A stretch of DNA of 64,000 nt from Alphaproteobacteria bacterium (GTDB taxonomy: Bacteria; Pseudomonadota; Alphaproteobacteria; UBA7879). The position numbers and the translations under genes are program-made. Each line of letters opens with the position of its first letter. Positions within the stretch are counted from its first letter, which is position 1. A model generated the notes under the pieces. The model worked only from the letters and a program-made list of their open reading frames with translations, ran no database searches and was not told the DNA's origin. The DNA is taken from NCBI GenBank assembly GCA_002869105.1, contig PKTP01000010.1:55789-119788 (forward strand), written 5' to 3'. Positions 26,102 to 35,824 of this stretch are shown here, piece after piece.

Positions 26102-29100
26102 TTGATGATGAGAAAAAAATCACTTCCTGACTCTAAACCCCGGGCTGCGTCTAAAAATATTTTTTTAAAGAATTTATCGCTATCGGGCACCCCTAAAGAT
26201 TTACTAGCTCTTTTGCTTGATGATCCCTCAACCAGTGGTGAGGACTTAGAGGAGCTTGGAAAAGCAGACCTTGAGCTTCTGTTAACAGAAAGCGTCAACT
26301 GCATAAAGAATACCGCCGCACAAGAAATTGTTATAGAATTTCTAATGCTCTCACATGAACCAAAAAACAAAACCGCTGTTTTAATTCACAACCAGGATAA
26401 ACCATTTTTGGTAGATTCCATTACAAACTGTCTACGCCTGGAACAACTAAATGCTGATTATTTCTTTCACCCCATCTTTAGACGAAAAATAAGCAATACA
26501 GGCAATCTCTCTCTTATTGCGCCAGACGAAGAAAAGCCACATGAAAATGAATCTCTGATTATCATTGTTATCAATCAGGACCTTCAAAAAGAGCAAAAAA
26601 AACAATTACATTTGAGCCTAGAGCATGTTCTCAGCCAAGTTGGACTAGCTGTTACAGACTGGGAAGAAATGCTCAAGAAAATGACCCAAGCCAAGAGCAA
26701 TATTGATCTGGGTAAAAAGCATTTTAAATCTACTTTCCTGAGTGAAATAAAGAATCTCCTGGAATGGTTTGAGCAGGGTCATTTTACATTTTTAGGATTC
26801 CGGGAATATATCTTTGAAGATCAAAACCCAAAAATCACTCAAAAGCTTGGCATTACCAAAGCACAAAGTTCTTGTTATTTTAAGCTGAATTGTACCCTGA
26901 ATGATGAAGGGCAAGACTTTCTACCAACAGATGAGCTCTTTATCATCACCAAAACCATCAGTCGCTCTTGGGTCCACCGATCAACACCCATGGATGTTAT
27001 TCGGCTCAAAAAATTTAATAATACTGGAGAAACTGTTGGGGAATATGAGTTTATTGGTTTGCTGACCTCCACGGCCTACAATATCAGTATTAAGCACATT
27101 CCCCTCCTTTCACAAAAATTAGAAATCGTTTTAGCAGCAAGTAAAACGCATCAAAACACCCATACACAGAAATCAATCATCCATATTCTAGAAACACTGC
27201 CCCGCGATGAATTCTTTCAATTCAGTGATGCTGATTTAATCTCCCTTGTACGGCACATTTTACAACTCCAAGATCGTGATCGTTTTCTCACTTATATTCG
27301 TCCTGATCCACTTGGACATTTGATTTCTGCGTATGTTTACCTTCCCACACAAAAATACAGCGATATGCTTCGTCAGAAAATTCAAGTTATTTTAGAACAA
27401 AGGCTTCAAGCACACGTCAACTCCTACAAACCAAATTTAGATCCCGATACCACCTATGCACGCATCTCATTTTCTCTTGCAAAAGCATCCGATCAAAAAA
27501 CCAAACTAAACACAAAAGAGCTTCAAAAAGAAATTGAAGAAGCTTCACAATCTTGGTCAGAAAGGTTCAAGGCCCTTTTGCTCAATGAGAAAGGTATTCC
27601 ATTAGAGTTTTCAGAGGCATTTCCAAAAAACTATCAGCTCCACCACACGCCCACTGAAGCCCTCTACGATACTAGAAAAAGCTTACAATCTCAAAATGAT
27701 GGCGACAAAATCGTTCATTTAGAACTCCATCAGGATCAAACATATAAAGTCAAGATTTACTATCCAGGACCTGCGGCGCCTTTAACAGAGTTAATGCTTG
27801 TTTTTGAACTCATGGGGCTAACCATAAAGTCTGCAATGAGTTACACAGTTGATAAAGCAGGAACAGCTTGTTTATTTACGATTCACGATTTTATTATTTC
27901 CATCCCTCAGGAAGTCAAGAGCAAAAACCCAAATCATTTAGGCAACATCGAGGATGGCGTTCAATCTATTCTAAGGGGCTATTACGAAAATGACTTCTTA
28001 AATTCTCTTATCTTTTATGCCAACTTGACTGTGTCACAGGTTAATGTTTTCCGGGCTTATTTCAAATATCTAAAGCAAATACGGTTTCCTTACAGTTTTC
28101 GGCTGATTTCTTCTGTTTTGAAAGAAAATGTAGCGTTTACCCAAATCATATGGTCTCTTTTTGAGAAGCGCTTTGACCCAAGTCTTAAAAATCAAAATTT
28201 AAATCACCTTCATTACAAGATTGACCGTTATCTTAAAAAATTAAAATCCCTTGAAGAAGATAGTATCTTTAGAGCGCTTTATACCCTAATCAAGGCTAGT
28301 CTTCGTACAAATCACTTCCAAAGAAAGTTGGCTGTATCACCCATAATTATAAAATTGGACTGTGCTTCCATTAACTTCCTACCAGAACCAAAGCCCATGA
28401 TTGAGCTCTTTGTCTATCACAAAGACTTTGAAGGCGTTCATTTGCGCACGGGTAAGGTAGCACGCGGTGGCATGAGATGGTCTGATCGGATTGAAGATTT
28501 TAGAACTGAAATTCTAGGCCTGATGAAAGCACAAAAGGTTAAAAATACGGTCATCATTCCTGTTGGCGCTAAAGGGGGATTTGTTCTCAAGAAAGCATTC
28601 AAACCTGAAGAACGCGATGAGAAACAAGCTTTTGGGATCGCGTGCTATCAGAAAATGATCCAAGTTATGATTGATATCACCGATAATGTGATTAACGATA
28701 AGCCCAAGCACCCTAAGAACATTGTGTGCCATGATGACTATGACCCCTATCTTGTTGTTGCAGCTGACAAAGGAACCGCCACATTTTCTGATTATGCAAA
28801 TGAGATTGCTCTAGAAAATAAATTTTGGTTGGGTGATGCTTTTGCCTCAGGGGGATCAAATGGTTACGATCATAAGAAGATGGCCATTACCGCAAAAAGT
28901 GCCTGGAAGTCCGTTCAACATCACTTCCGAAAACTCGGCGTTGATGTTCAGGAAACCCCGATTGATGTTGTTGGTATTGGCGATATGTCCGGGGATGTTT
29001 TTGGCAATGGCATGCTTTGCTCTGATAAAATCAGACTGATTGCCGCTTTTAATCACCAGCATATCTTTATTGATCCAAACCCTGATCCCAAGAAAAGTTA

Positions 29101-30868
29101 TGATGAGCGCCAAAGAATGTTTCAGCTTAAAAGGTCGACATGGCAGGACTATAATCAGGATATGCTATCCAAGGGTGGGGGTATTTACAGTCGCTCTGAT
29201 CGAGAAATTGATCTGTCTTCCCAGGCCCAAAAAGCTCTTAAAATTTCAAAAAAAAGAGTCAATCCCAATGAATTAATAAAAATAATTTTAAAAGCTCCGG
29301 TTGATCTCCTCTGGTTTGGGGGAATTGGAACTTACGTAAAAAGCCGTCAAGAAACCCAAGATAGTGTCAATGATCACAGCAATGACGATATTCGTATTAA
29401 TGGATCTGACCTGAAATGTACAGTTGTTGGAGAAGCTGCAAATTTGGGCATGACTCAGCTTGGACGCATTGAATTTGCGCTTGAAGGCGGACATGTTAAT
29501 ACTGATGCCATTGATAATTCCGCGGGTGTTGACTGCTCGGATTATGAAGTTAATATCAAGATCCTTCTTCGCAAACTTCTCCTTGAGAAAAAAATTACAG
29601 AACAGCAGCGCAACACGCTCCTCAGGGGCATGGAAGAAGAAGTTTCTGAATTGGTTCTATTTCATAATACGGCTCAGAATAATGCCATTTCTATTATTCA
29701 AGAAAGAGGGCTTAAAGTCCTGAGTAGGCAACAACGTTTTATGCGTTTTTTAGAATCAAAAGACTATTTAAACCGGCAATTAGAATTTTTACCCAGTGCA
29801 GATGGTATGCTTGAAAGACAAAATGAGCGAATGGGTCTGACGCGCCCAGAGATCGCTGTCTTGCTCGCCTATGGAAAAATTTTCACCTATGATCAAGTTT
29901 TAAAAAGTTGCCTCTTTGAGCAAAGATATTTTGTGAAAAATCTGAAAGACTACTTTCCAAAAGCACTGTCTCAGAAGTATCTCTGGGCTATAGAAGAGCA
30001 TCCATTAAAAAAAGAGATCATTACGACATCTATCTGTAATGAAGTTGTGAATCAACAAGGTCCGTCTTACCTAACAGAGATCATGTCAATAACCAACGCA
30101 GAAGCTGAGATTATATTACTCTATTATTATCTGATTCGAGATAGCCTGAGTATCAAAAATCTCTCCCAAGCGATTAATGATCTGAAAGCAAATATCCCCT
30201 TTGATTCCCAACAAAAATTAACCCTTGAGCTGATGACGGCACTGGATTACTGCGTGATATGGGCTGTGTCAAATTTAGAGGTGCATAAAAAGAAAAATTT
30301 TGATTTAGAAACCACAATCACACACACCCATCAAAAAATTTCTGCTTTACGAGAAAAACTCCCTCAAATACTCGATAAGCTCTCCCTGAGAGAACTCGAA
30401 AAAGCCAAGGGCGCCTATCTAAAGAAAGGCGTTCCTGAAAAATTAGTACATCATGCTTTAGCCAATCGTCATCTAAAATACGCCTGGGTTTTTCTAAAAA
30501 TCAGTCAAGAACAACACCATGATTTTCTCAAGGTCGCTGAAATCTTTTTTATGCTGAATGGCTTCCTTCACCTTCCTTGGTTCCATGAAAAAAATGAGCT
30601 TCTGAGAACAGATGATCCATGGCGAAAAAAGAATATCACACAGATCAAAACTGAACTTGACAGAGCTCATTTTAAATTAACAAAACAGGTGTTATCAAAG
30701 ATGCCCTCCAAAAAATCCTCTGTGTCCCATTGTTTTGAAAACTGGAAAGATCAAGCTCAAGTCAAGGAGTATCAGAAACTCATGAAAGAATTTATAGGCT
30801 GTCAAAAAATAACCATGGACATGCTAAGAATTGCATTAAACTCTCTGTTATCCCTGATGCAGGAATAG
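26102..30868 (+). CDS. gdh: Large NAD-specific glutamate dehydrogenase (about 180 kDa)
   Basis: 1588-aa ORF with the Bac_GDH catalytic core (ARGGMRWSDR...IIPVGAKGGFVLK...VAADKGTATFSD). This length is typical of the large NAD-GDH class. Confidence 0.9.
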   Translation: MMMRKKSLPDSKPRAASKNIFLKNLSLSGTPKDLLALLLDDPSTSGEDLEELGKADLELLLTESVNCIKNTAAQEIVIEFLMLSHEPKNKTAVLIHNQDKPFLVDSITNCLRLEQLNADYFFHPIFRRKISNTGNLSLIAPDEEKPHENESLIIIVINQDLQKEQKKQLHLSLEHVLSQVGLAVTDWEEMLKKMTQAKSNIDLGKKHFKSTFLSEIKNLLEWFEQGHFTFLGFREYIFEDQNPKITQKLGITKAQSSCYFKLNCTLNDEGQDFLPTDELFIITKTISRSWVHRSTPMDVIRLKKFNNTGETVGEYEFIGLLTSTAYNISIKHIPLLSQKLEIVLAASKTHQNTHTQKSIIHILETLPRDEFFQFSDADLISLVRHILQLQDRDRFLTYIRPDPLGHLISAYVYLPTQKYSDMLRQKIQVILEQRLQAHVNSYKPNLDPDTTYARISFSLAKASDQKTKLNTKELQKEIEEASQSWSERFKALLLNEKGIPLEFSEAFPKNYQLHHTPTEALYDTRKSLQSQNDGDKIVHLELHQDQTYKVKIYYPGPAAPLTELMLVFELMGLTIKSAMSYTVDKAGTACLFTIHDFIISIPQEVKSKNPNHLGNIEDGVQSILRGYYENDFLNSLIFYANLTVSQVNVFRAYFKYLKQIRFPYSFRLISSVLKENVAFTQIIWSLFEKRFDPSLKNQNLNHLHYKIDRYLKKLKSLEEDSIFRALYTLIKASLRTNHFQRKLAVSPIIIKLDCASINFLPEPKPMIELFVYHKDFEGVHLRTGKVARGGMRWSDRIEDFRTEILGLMKAQKVKNTVIIPVGAKGGFVLKKAFKPEERDEKQAFGIACYQKMIQVMIDITDNVINDKPKHPKNIVCHDDYDPYLVVAADKGTATFSDYANEIALENKFWLGDAFASGGSNGYDHKKMAITAKSAWKSVQHHFRKLGVDVQETPIDVVGIGDMSGDVFGNGMLCSDKIRLIAAFNHQHIFIDPNPDPKKSYDERQRMFQLKRSTWQDYNQDMLSKGGGIYSRSDREIDLSSQAQKALKISKKRVNPNELIKIILKAPVDLLWFGGIGTYVKSRQETQDSVNDHSNDDIRINGSDLKCTVVGEAANLGMTQLGRIEFALEGGHVNTDAIDNSAGVDCSDYEVNIKILLRKLLLEKKITEQQRNTLLRGMEEEVSELVLFHNTAQNNAISIIQERGLKVLSRQQRFMRFLESKDYLNRQLEFLPSADGMLERQNERMGLTRPEIAVLLAYGKIFTYDQVLKSCLFEQRYFVKNLKDYFPKALSQKYLWAIEEHPLKKEIITTSICNEVVNQQGPSYLTEIMSITNAEAEIILLYYYLIRDSLSIKNLSQAINDLKANIPFDSQQKLTLELMTALDYCVIWAVSNLEVHKKKNFDLETTITHTHQKISALREKLPQILDKLSLRELEKAKGAYLKKGVPEKLVHHALANRHLKYAWVFLKISQEQHHDFLKVAEIFFMLNGFLHLPWFHEKNELLRTDDPWRKKNITQIKTELDRAHFKLTKQVLSKMPSKKSSVSHCFENWKDQAQVKEYQKLMKEFIGCQKITMDMLRIALNSLLSLMQE

Positions 30869-30887
30869 TCATAAATAGGATAAAATC

Positions 30888-32063
30888 ATGAAATATCAAT
30901 CAGTCAAAACATTCATTCATAATCCCAAAAATGTGGGCCTCTTGCTAACTATCTCAACCATTATTGCTCTTGTGTGGCAAAACAGCCCTTGGCGCCCTCT
31001 TTATACAGATCTGTTTTCAGCCCAGCTTTCTCTGCCATTGGGAGTGGTGACAATTAATAAGTCCGTATCGCTCTGGATCAACGATGGATTAATGGCAGTT
31101 TTTTTCTTGCACGTTGGTTTGGAAATCAAACGGGAACTCTTACAAGGAGAACTCAACTCTTTCAAAAAAGCACTACTCCCCGCGATAGGTGCGATGGGAG
31201 GGCTTATCATACCAATTGTACTTTATAAACTGTTTGTTGACAGTGCATCAGCCTATGCTAATGGTTGGGCCATACCTGCTGCAACGGATATCGCCTTTGC
31301 ACTTGCACTTTTATCTCTCGTTTCTTCAAAAGTGCCTCAATCCCTTAAAATCATTCTTTTAGCCATGGCAATTATTGATGATATTGCTGCCGTCATTATC
31401 ATTGCCTTTTTCTACACACCCCATTTAGACATAAGTTTTTTACTATGGGCAATAATTCCTCTCTTTGGTTTATGGACCCTGAACCGAAGAGGCATAGGTG
31501 TCACAGGCTTTTATATACCCTTGGGATTCTTGTTGTGGGTTTTGATCCTAAAATCCGGCATTCATGCAACCCTCGCAGGAATTATGTTCGCTTTTTTCAT
31601 TCCTATAAAAGCCAATAAGCAAAATAAGTCTATGTTGATCACGTTAGAGAAAAAGCTGCATGTCGTTGTCATGGGTTTTATTTTACCTCTTTTCGCGCTG
31701 GCGAATGCCGGTATTCCTCTCACAAATATTTCCATTGAAAACCTCACACATCCCATGACCTATGGAATCATGGCGGGATTGTTCTTTGGTAGTCAGATTG
31801 GTGTTTTTGGAAGTGTGAGAATAGCGAAACTCCTGGGTGTTTGCACGCTTCCTGATAACATTCGCTGGTCCCACTTTTATGGTCTCTCAGCACTGATGGG
31901 AATCGGGTTTACCATGAGTCTTTTCATTGCCAATTTATCCTTTACCGATCCTGATATTCTTGATCGGGCACGATTAAGCATCTTACTGGGGTCATCTGCC
32001 TCAGCCATTTTAGGATACAGCATCCTGAAGCTTATTCCAGCAAAAGCCCGGATTCAGTATTGA
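30888..32063 (+). CDS. nhaA: Na+/H+ antiporter NhaA
   Basis: 391-aa ORF with 12 TM helices and NhaA signatures WINDGLMAVFFLHVGLEIKRE and AIIDDIAAVIIIAFFYT. Confidence 0.85.
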   Translation: MKYQSVKTFIHNPKNVGLLLTISTIIALVWQNSPWRPLYTDLFSAQLSLPLGVVTINKSVSLWINDGLMAVFFLHVGLEIKRELLQGELNSFKKALLPAIGAMGGLIIPIVLYKLFVDSASAYANGWAIPAATDIAFALALLSLVSSKVPQSLKIILLAMAIIDDIAAVIIIAFFYTPHLDISFLLWAIIPLFGLWTLNRRGIGVTGFYIPLGFLLWVLILKSGIHATLAGIMFAFFIPIKANKQNKSMLITLEKKLHVVVMGFILPLFALANAGIPLTNISIENLTHPMTYGIMAGLFFGSQIGVFGSVRIAKLLGVCTLPDNIRWSHFYGLSALMGIGFTMSLFIANLSFTDPDILDRARLSILLGSSASAILGYSILKLIPAKARIQY

Positions 32064-32162
32064 GTTTATTAAAAATATTTGCTAAACAGATTTTAATTTC
32101 AATTCAAGTCTGCTATGTTAAATCCCATATTTATTATAAGGCTTTGTTAAGTAGGAACTTCT

Positions 32163-32972
32163 ATGAATCATCAACTTCTTAAAGGTAAGCGCGGCCTCAT
32201 TATGGGGGTTGCTAACGAATTTTCAATTGCATGGGGCATCGCTAAAGCTTTTGCCGAAAATGGCGCCGAGCTTGCATTCACCTATCAAAATGATCTACTT
32301 TTGCGTCGGGTCAAACCCCTGGCAGAAAGCATTAGATCAGATTATATCATTGGCTGCGATGTTGCCAATGACGCTGACATTGACCAAACATTTGAAAACA
32401 TTCAGCAAAAATGGGGTGAACTTGATTTTGTTGTTCACGCGATTGCTTTCTCTGATAAAAACGAACTCAAAGGCAAATACTGCCATACAAGCCGCGGCAA
32501 CTTTAACACTGCATTAGATATCTCATGCTATTCTTTCACAGCTGTCTGTCAACGTGCTTATCCCCTTATGAAAAAGGGTGGAAGCTTCTTAACCATGAGT
32601 TACTATGGTGCTGAGAAAGTGATGCCCAACTACAACGTTATGGGTGTTGCAAAAGCTGCTCTTGAATCAAGCGTAAAATATATTGCGGCCGACCTTGGAG
32701 AATACCAAATCAGAGTTAACTCTATTTCAGCAGGCCCCATGCGGACATTGGCGGCTAGAGGAATTGGTGATTTCAATTACATTCTTCAGTGGAACCAAAG
32801 AAATGCGCCTCTACGCCGCAACACAACAATGGATGACATTGCTGGATCTGCCCTCTACCTAGCAAGTGATCTAGGTGCTGGTGTCACAGGTGAGAACCTT
32901 CACGTTGATGGGGGGTATCACGTGGTGGGTATGAAAGCAATTGAAGCCGAAGATATCCCTCTCGTTCGCTAA
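32163..32972 (+). CDS. fabI: Enoyl-[acyl-carrier-protein] reductase (NADH)
   Basis: 269-aa ORF with GLIMGVANEFSIAWGIAKAF (glycine-rich) and the Y-x6-K catalytic region (MSYYGAEKVMPNYNVMGVAKAALE). Confidence 0.9.
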   Translation: MNHQLLKGKRGLIMGVANEFSIAWGIAKAFAENGAELAFTYQNDLLLRRVKPLAESIRSDYIIGCDVANDADIDQTFENIQQKWGELDFVVHAIAFSDKNELKGKYCHTSRGNFNTALDISCYSFTAVCQRAYPLMKKGGSFLTMSYYGAEKVMPNYNVMGVAKAALESSVKYIAADLGEYQIRVNSISAGPMRTLAARGIGDFNYILQWNQRNAPLRRNTTMDDIAGSALYLASDLGAGVTGENLHVDGGYHVVGMKAIEAEDIPLVR

Positions 32973-32979
32973 AACCACC

Positions 32980-33300
32980 ATGAATGCAGTACTCTATCCA
33001 TTATTAAAGATTTTATTATTTGCTCTCTCTGGATATAAGGTCCTGCTGCTCGCCTATGCCCTGTTAAGCTGGCTTTATCTTTTTGGAATTATTCGCCCGG
33101 ACAGCAACTTTTTTGCCGCTGTCAATCAGTTCCTTACCTCGATTACTGAGCCGATCCTGGTACAAATAAGAAGATTTGTGCCTTCTCCAGGAGGCATTGA
33201 TCTCTCTTTTATTGTGCTATTTATTGCCATTCAAATGTCTTCAGAAATTGTTAGGCGATTTTTAGTCAGCCTGAGCCATCAGGCTGACTATATCATTTAA
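32980..33300 (+). CDS. YggT-family small membrane protein
   Basis: The ORF-track ORF was trimmed to the Met at 32980, after the fabI stop. The product has two TM helices and the YggT-like ...LSWLYLF...TEPILVQIRRFVPSPGGIDLSFIV. Confidence 0.6.
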   Translation: MNAVLYPLLKILLFALSGYKVLLLAYALLSWLYLFGIIRPDSNFFAAVNQFLTSITEPILVQIRRFVPSPGGIDLSFIVLFIAIQMSSEIVRRFLVSLSHQADYII

Positions 33301-33302
33301 AA

Positions 33303-34295
33303 CTATAGTTTGACGGTGCCGCCCAGTGCAGCTGAATAGGATTTAAACGTTCCACCGCGAAAATAGTCCCCTAACGTTTGCTGATTGGTTTTGACGGACC
33401 CGCGCTTAATCTTAAAGTATTTCATACCAACATCTGCTGACATGTTAAAAGTCTGCGTGAGTTGAGCGGTTACCCCAACTTTGGCTTCCCCGCCATAGGT
33501 ATTGCTAGAATCACGATAAGAGTGACTTGGTCATTTACCATTTCCTTTAAACCAACCATACATCAGCTTAAGTAGGCCTTGTCCTTTAACGTTACTGCTA
33601 ATTTCCAAGTTCATATCTCCCCCGACCCACGGGCCATAAATTTTCATTTTATAAGTGCCACGCTTTCCACTGAATACTGTCCCAACAGCAGGAGGGGCGT
33701 TGTTGGCCCCATTATTCGGGAAAATATTATAATTGGCTTGGCTCGAGACCGTTTGTTTTGTATCACGCATTTCATAATCACGGCTTGTATAGAATGCCCC
33801 AGCAAGCGCTCTAAATTGATCCGCATCTAAAAAAGCAGCCCCCACACTTCCATCTAGTGCCGATCCTACAACTTTGCTCTGAGACTCCGACCACATCAGT
33901 GTTTTATTACTCCCTGAATAATCCCGATCAATCATTTTTCCTTTTTTGCGCAGCACACCATAAAAAACTTCATAGATCACTGGAATGCCCATGGCTTCAG
34001 CCTCCCCTGAAAGCCCTCCACCCATCACATGTATATTTTTCCAATCAAGCGTCGAAACCACATTAGGTGTGCCATTTTTATAACCAATGCCAATATCAAA
34101 ATTTTCAATGGCATACCGAACAGCCGGCTTCATTACAACCTTAGGTTTTTTTTGGGGGCCAGATGAGCCAAACATCCCTCCCATTATACCAGAAGGGCTT
34201 GATCCAAATCCTCCAAGGGTTTGGGCAGCCTCTAAAGATACAACAGAAAAAAACAACACTAAAAACACATAAATAAAAAAGAAAGATTTTTTCAT
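33303..34295 (-). CDS. Putative outer-membrane beta-barrel protein (MipA/OmpV-like) whose reading frame carries an internal TGA at 33531..33533; possible pseudogene or read-through
   Basis: Signal peptide MKKSFFFIYVFLVLFFSVVSLEA, then G/S-rich alternating beta-strand sequence. The ORF-track ORF ends GNGK-TGA at 33531. The same frame continues for 77 codons (PSHSYRDSSNTYGGEAKVGVTAQLTQTFNMSADVGMKYFKIKRG...GGTVKL) to a TAG at 33303, exactly filling the gap up to the yggT stop. Confidence 0.55.
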
Positions 34296-34405
34296 AAGCC
34301 CGATGTCCCTGCTTTACTCATCAAGAGGATATTAAAATATCAACTATTTTAACGTTTACATTATCATCAGAAAGCGCCTTATCCTACAAAAAAACAGATG
34401 CAAAC

Positions 34406-35206
34406 CTATCGATTAATAAGGTGGGGCCCTTGAACAATGGGAAGGATTTCCCGGCACAACCCTGTTTCATCATCTGTGGTGATTAACGTACCACTCAGTG
34501 TTCCAGGGCCTTCGGCTGGTGACAATCTCTCTGTCGGTCCATGTTTAAGAAAGCGTTTCACAGGCTGTTCTGAGCAAAAACCAACAACCGAATTGTAATC
34601 ACCGCACATGCCTAAATCCGTTTGGTACCCCGTTCCTCTTGGTAAAATTCTTGTATCAGATGTAGGAATATGCGTATGCGTTCCAACAACAGCAGACACA
34701 CGGCCATCCAAAAAATAGCCCATGGCATTTTTCTCACTGGTTGCCTCAGCATGTACATCAACAATTGTAGCGGCAACATCTTTTCCAAGATCATAAAAGT
34801 TAACAACATTTTCAACGGCTGGAAAAGCAAGGTTCAGGCTATCCATAAACAAGTTACCCATCACATTAATAACCAAAACTTTTCTTCCATAGGCCAATTT
34901 ATGAACCACATATCCTTTGCCAGGTGCTTGCTGAGGATAATTTAAAGGACGAATGACGGTAGGATTGTTCTCGATATCATGAGCAAAGTCTCGCTGATCC
35001 CACACATGGTTGCCGGTTGTAATCACATCAACGCCACAATCATAGAATTCTTGGCAAATTTTTTGATTAAGGCCAAACCCATGGGCGGCGTTTTCACCAT
35101 TTACAATGATGAGGTCAAGGCTATGTTTCTTTTGTAGTTCTGGTATATAAGACTTTATCGCCTCACGACCTGACTTACCAACCACATCACCACAAACCAA
35201 TATTTT
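34406..35206 (-). CDS. YmdB-family metallophosphoesterase (2',3'-cyclic-nucleotide phosphodiesterase-like)
   Basis: MKILVCGDVVGKSGREAI...GNHVWD...HAEATSEK motifs. The start is trimmed to MKILV (35206). Confidence 0.75.
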   Translation of the reverse strand, partial: KILVCGDVVGKSGREAIKSYIPELQKKHSLDLIIVNGENAAHGFGLNQKICQEFYDCGVDVITTGNHVWDQRDFAHDIENNPTVIRPLNYPQQAPGKGYVVHKLAYGRKVLVINVMGNLFMDSLNLAFPAVENVVNFYDLGKDVAATIVDVHAEATSEKNAMGYFLDGRVSAVVGTHTHIPTSDTRILPRGTGYQTDLGMCGDYNSVVGFCSEQPVKRFLKHGPTERLSPAEGPGTLSGTLITTDDETGLCREILPIVQGPHLINR

Positions 35207-35272
35207 CATATTCTCTCTTAGTACTTGTGGCCCCAACGGTACCAGAAATAATTCAAATCAGCAAAAAAATCC

Positions 35273-35824
35273 TTAATAAGTATGAACCCTCTTTTCTGTA
35301 ACAACCATGTTCAAAGGAATATCATGCGTCTCTGAAGTTAAGGCTGAGCAATAACTCATTGAAAAACCAATGCCAATAAGAGTAGGTCGTTTCTCCACCT
35401 TTGAAAAGGTGCGGTCATAATGCCCTTTACCAAACCCTAAACGCACGCCTGTGGGGCCAAAGGCAACAAGCGGCACCAGAACAACATCCGGCCATAAAGC
35501 GTTATCCGTTGACTTGGGCTCTTGCATGCCATGAGAAGATGTTTTAAAGGCCGTTTTTTCTGTCACGTGGAAAAAGTGAAGCGCCTGATAAGAATCATGC
35601 ACACCAGGAAGAAGTAGCCGATTTTGCTGCATCAAAGACGCATTGATCCATGTCAAATCCACCTCAGCATCAAAGGCAAGATAGCTCGCAACCAGTCCCT
35701 CATCAGGCAAAATCTGCGTCAGCTTTTTCGCAATCTCTAAGCTATAGTCTTTGTGAAGATTGGGAGCGGTTTCCTGAAAGATACGCCTTTGGTTCCGATA
35801 CTGCTTACGCCATTTTTCTTTCAT
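35273..35824 (-). CDS. 5-formyltetrahydrofolate cyclo-ligase
   Basis: 183-aa ORF with LVPLVAFGPTGVRLGFGKGHYDRT, the characteristic 5-FTHF cyclo-ligase motif. Confidence 0.75.
   Translation of the reverse strand: MKEKWRKQYRNQRRIFQETAPNLHKDYSLEIAKKLTQILPDEGLVASYLAFDAEVDLTWINASLMQQNRLLLPGVHDSYQALHFFHVTEKTAFKTSSHGMQEPKSTDNALWPDVVLVPLVAFGPTGVRLGFGKGHYDRTFSKVEKRPTLIGIGFSMSYCSALTSETHDIPLNMVVTEKRVHTY

Noticed and set aside
445-30000. Numerous 60-120-aa ORFs embedded in or antisense to large genes (for example 445..705, 932..1183, 6039..6348, 10289..11167, 14244..14721, 25290..25655, 28514..29723, 31001..31874)
   Set aside because: They lie entirely inside well-supported conserved genes on the opposite strand or in an alternative frame, have no RBS context and give low-complexity products. 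They are treated as spurious.
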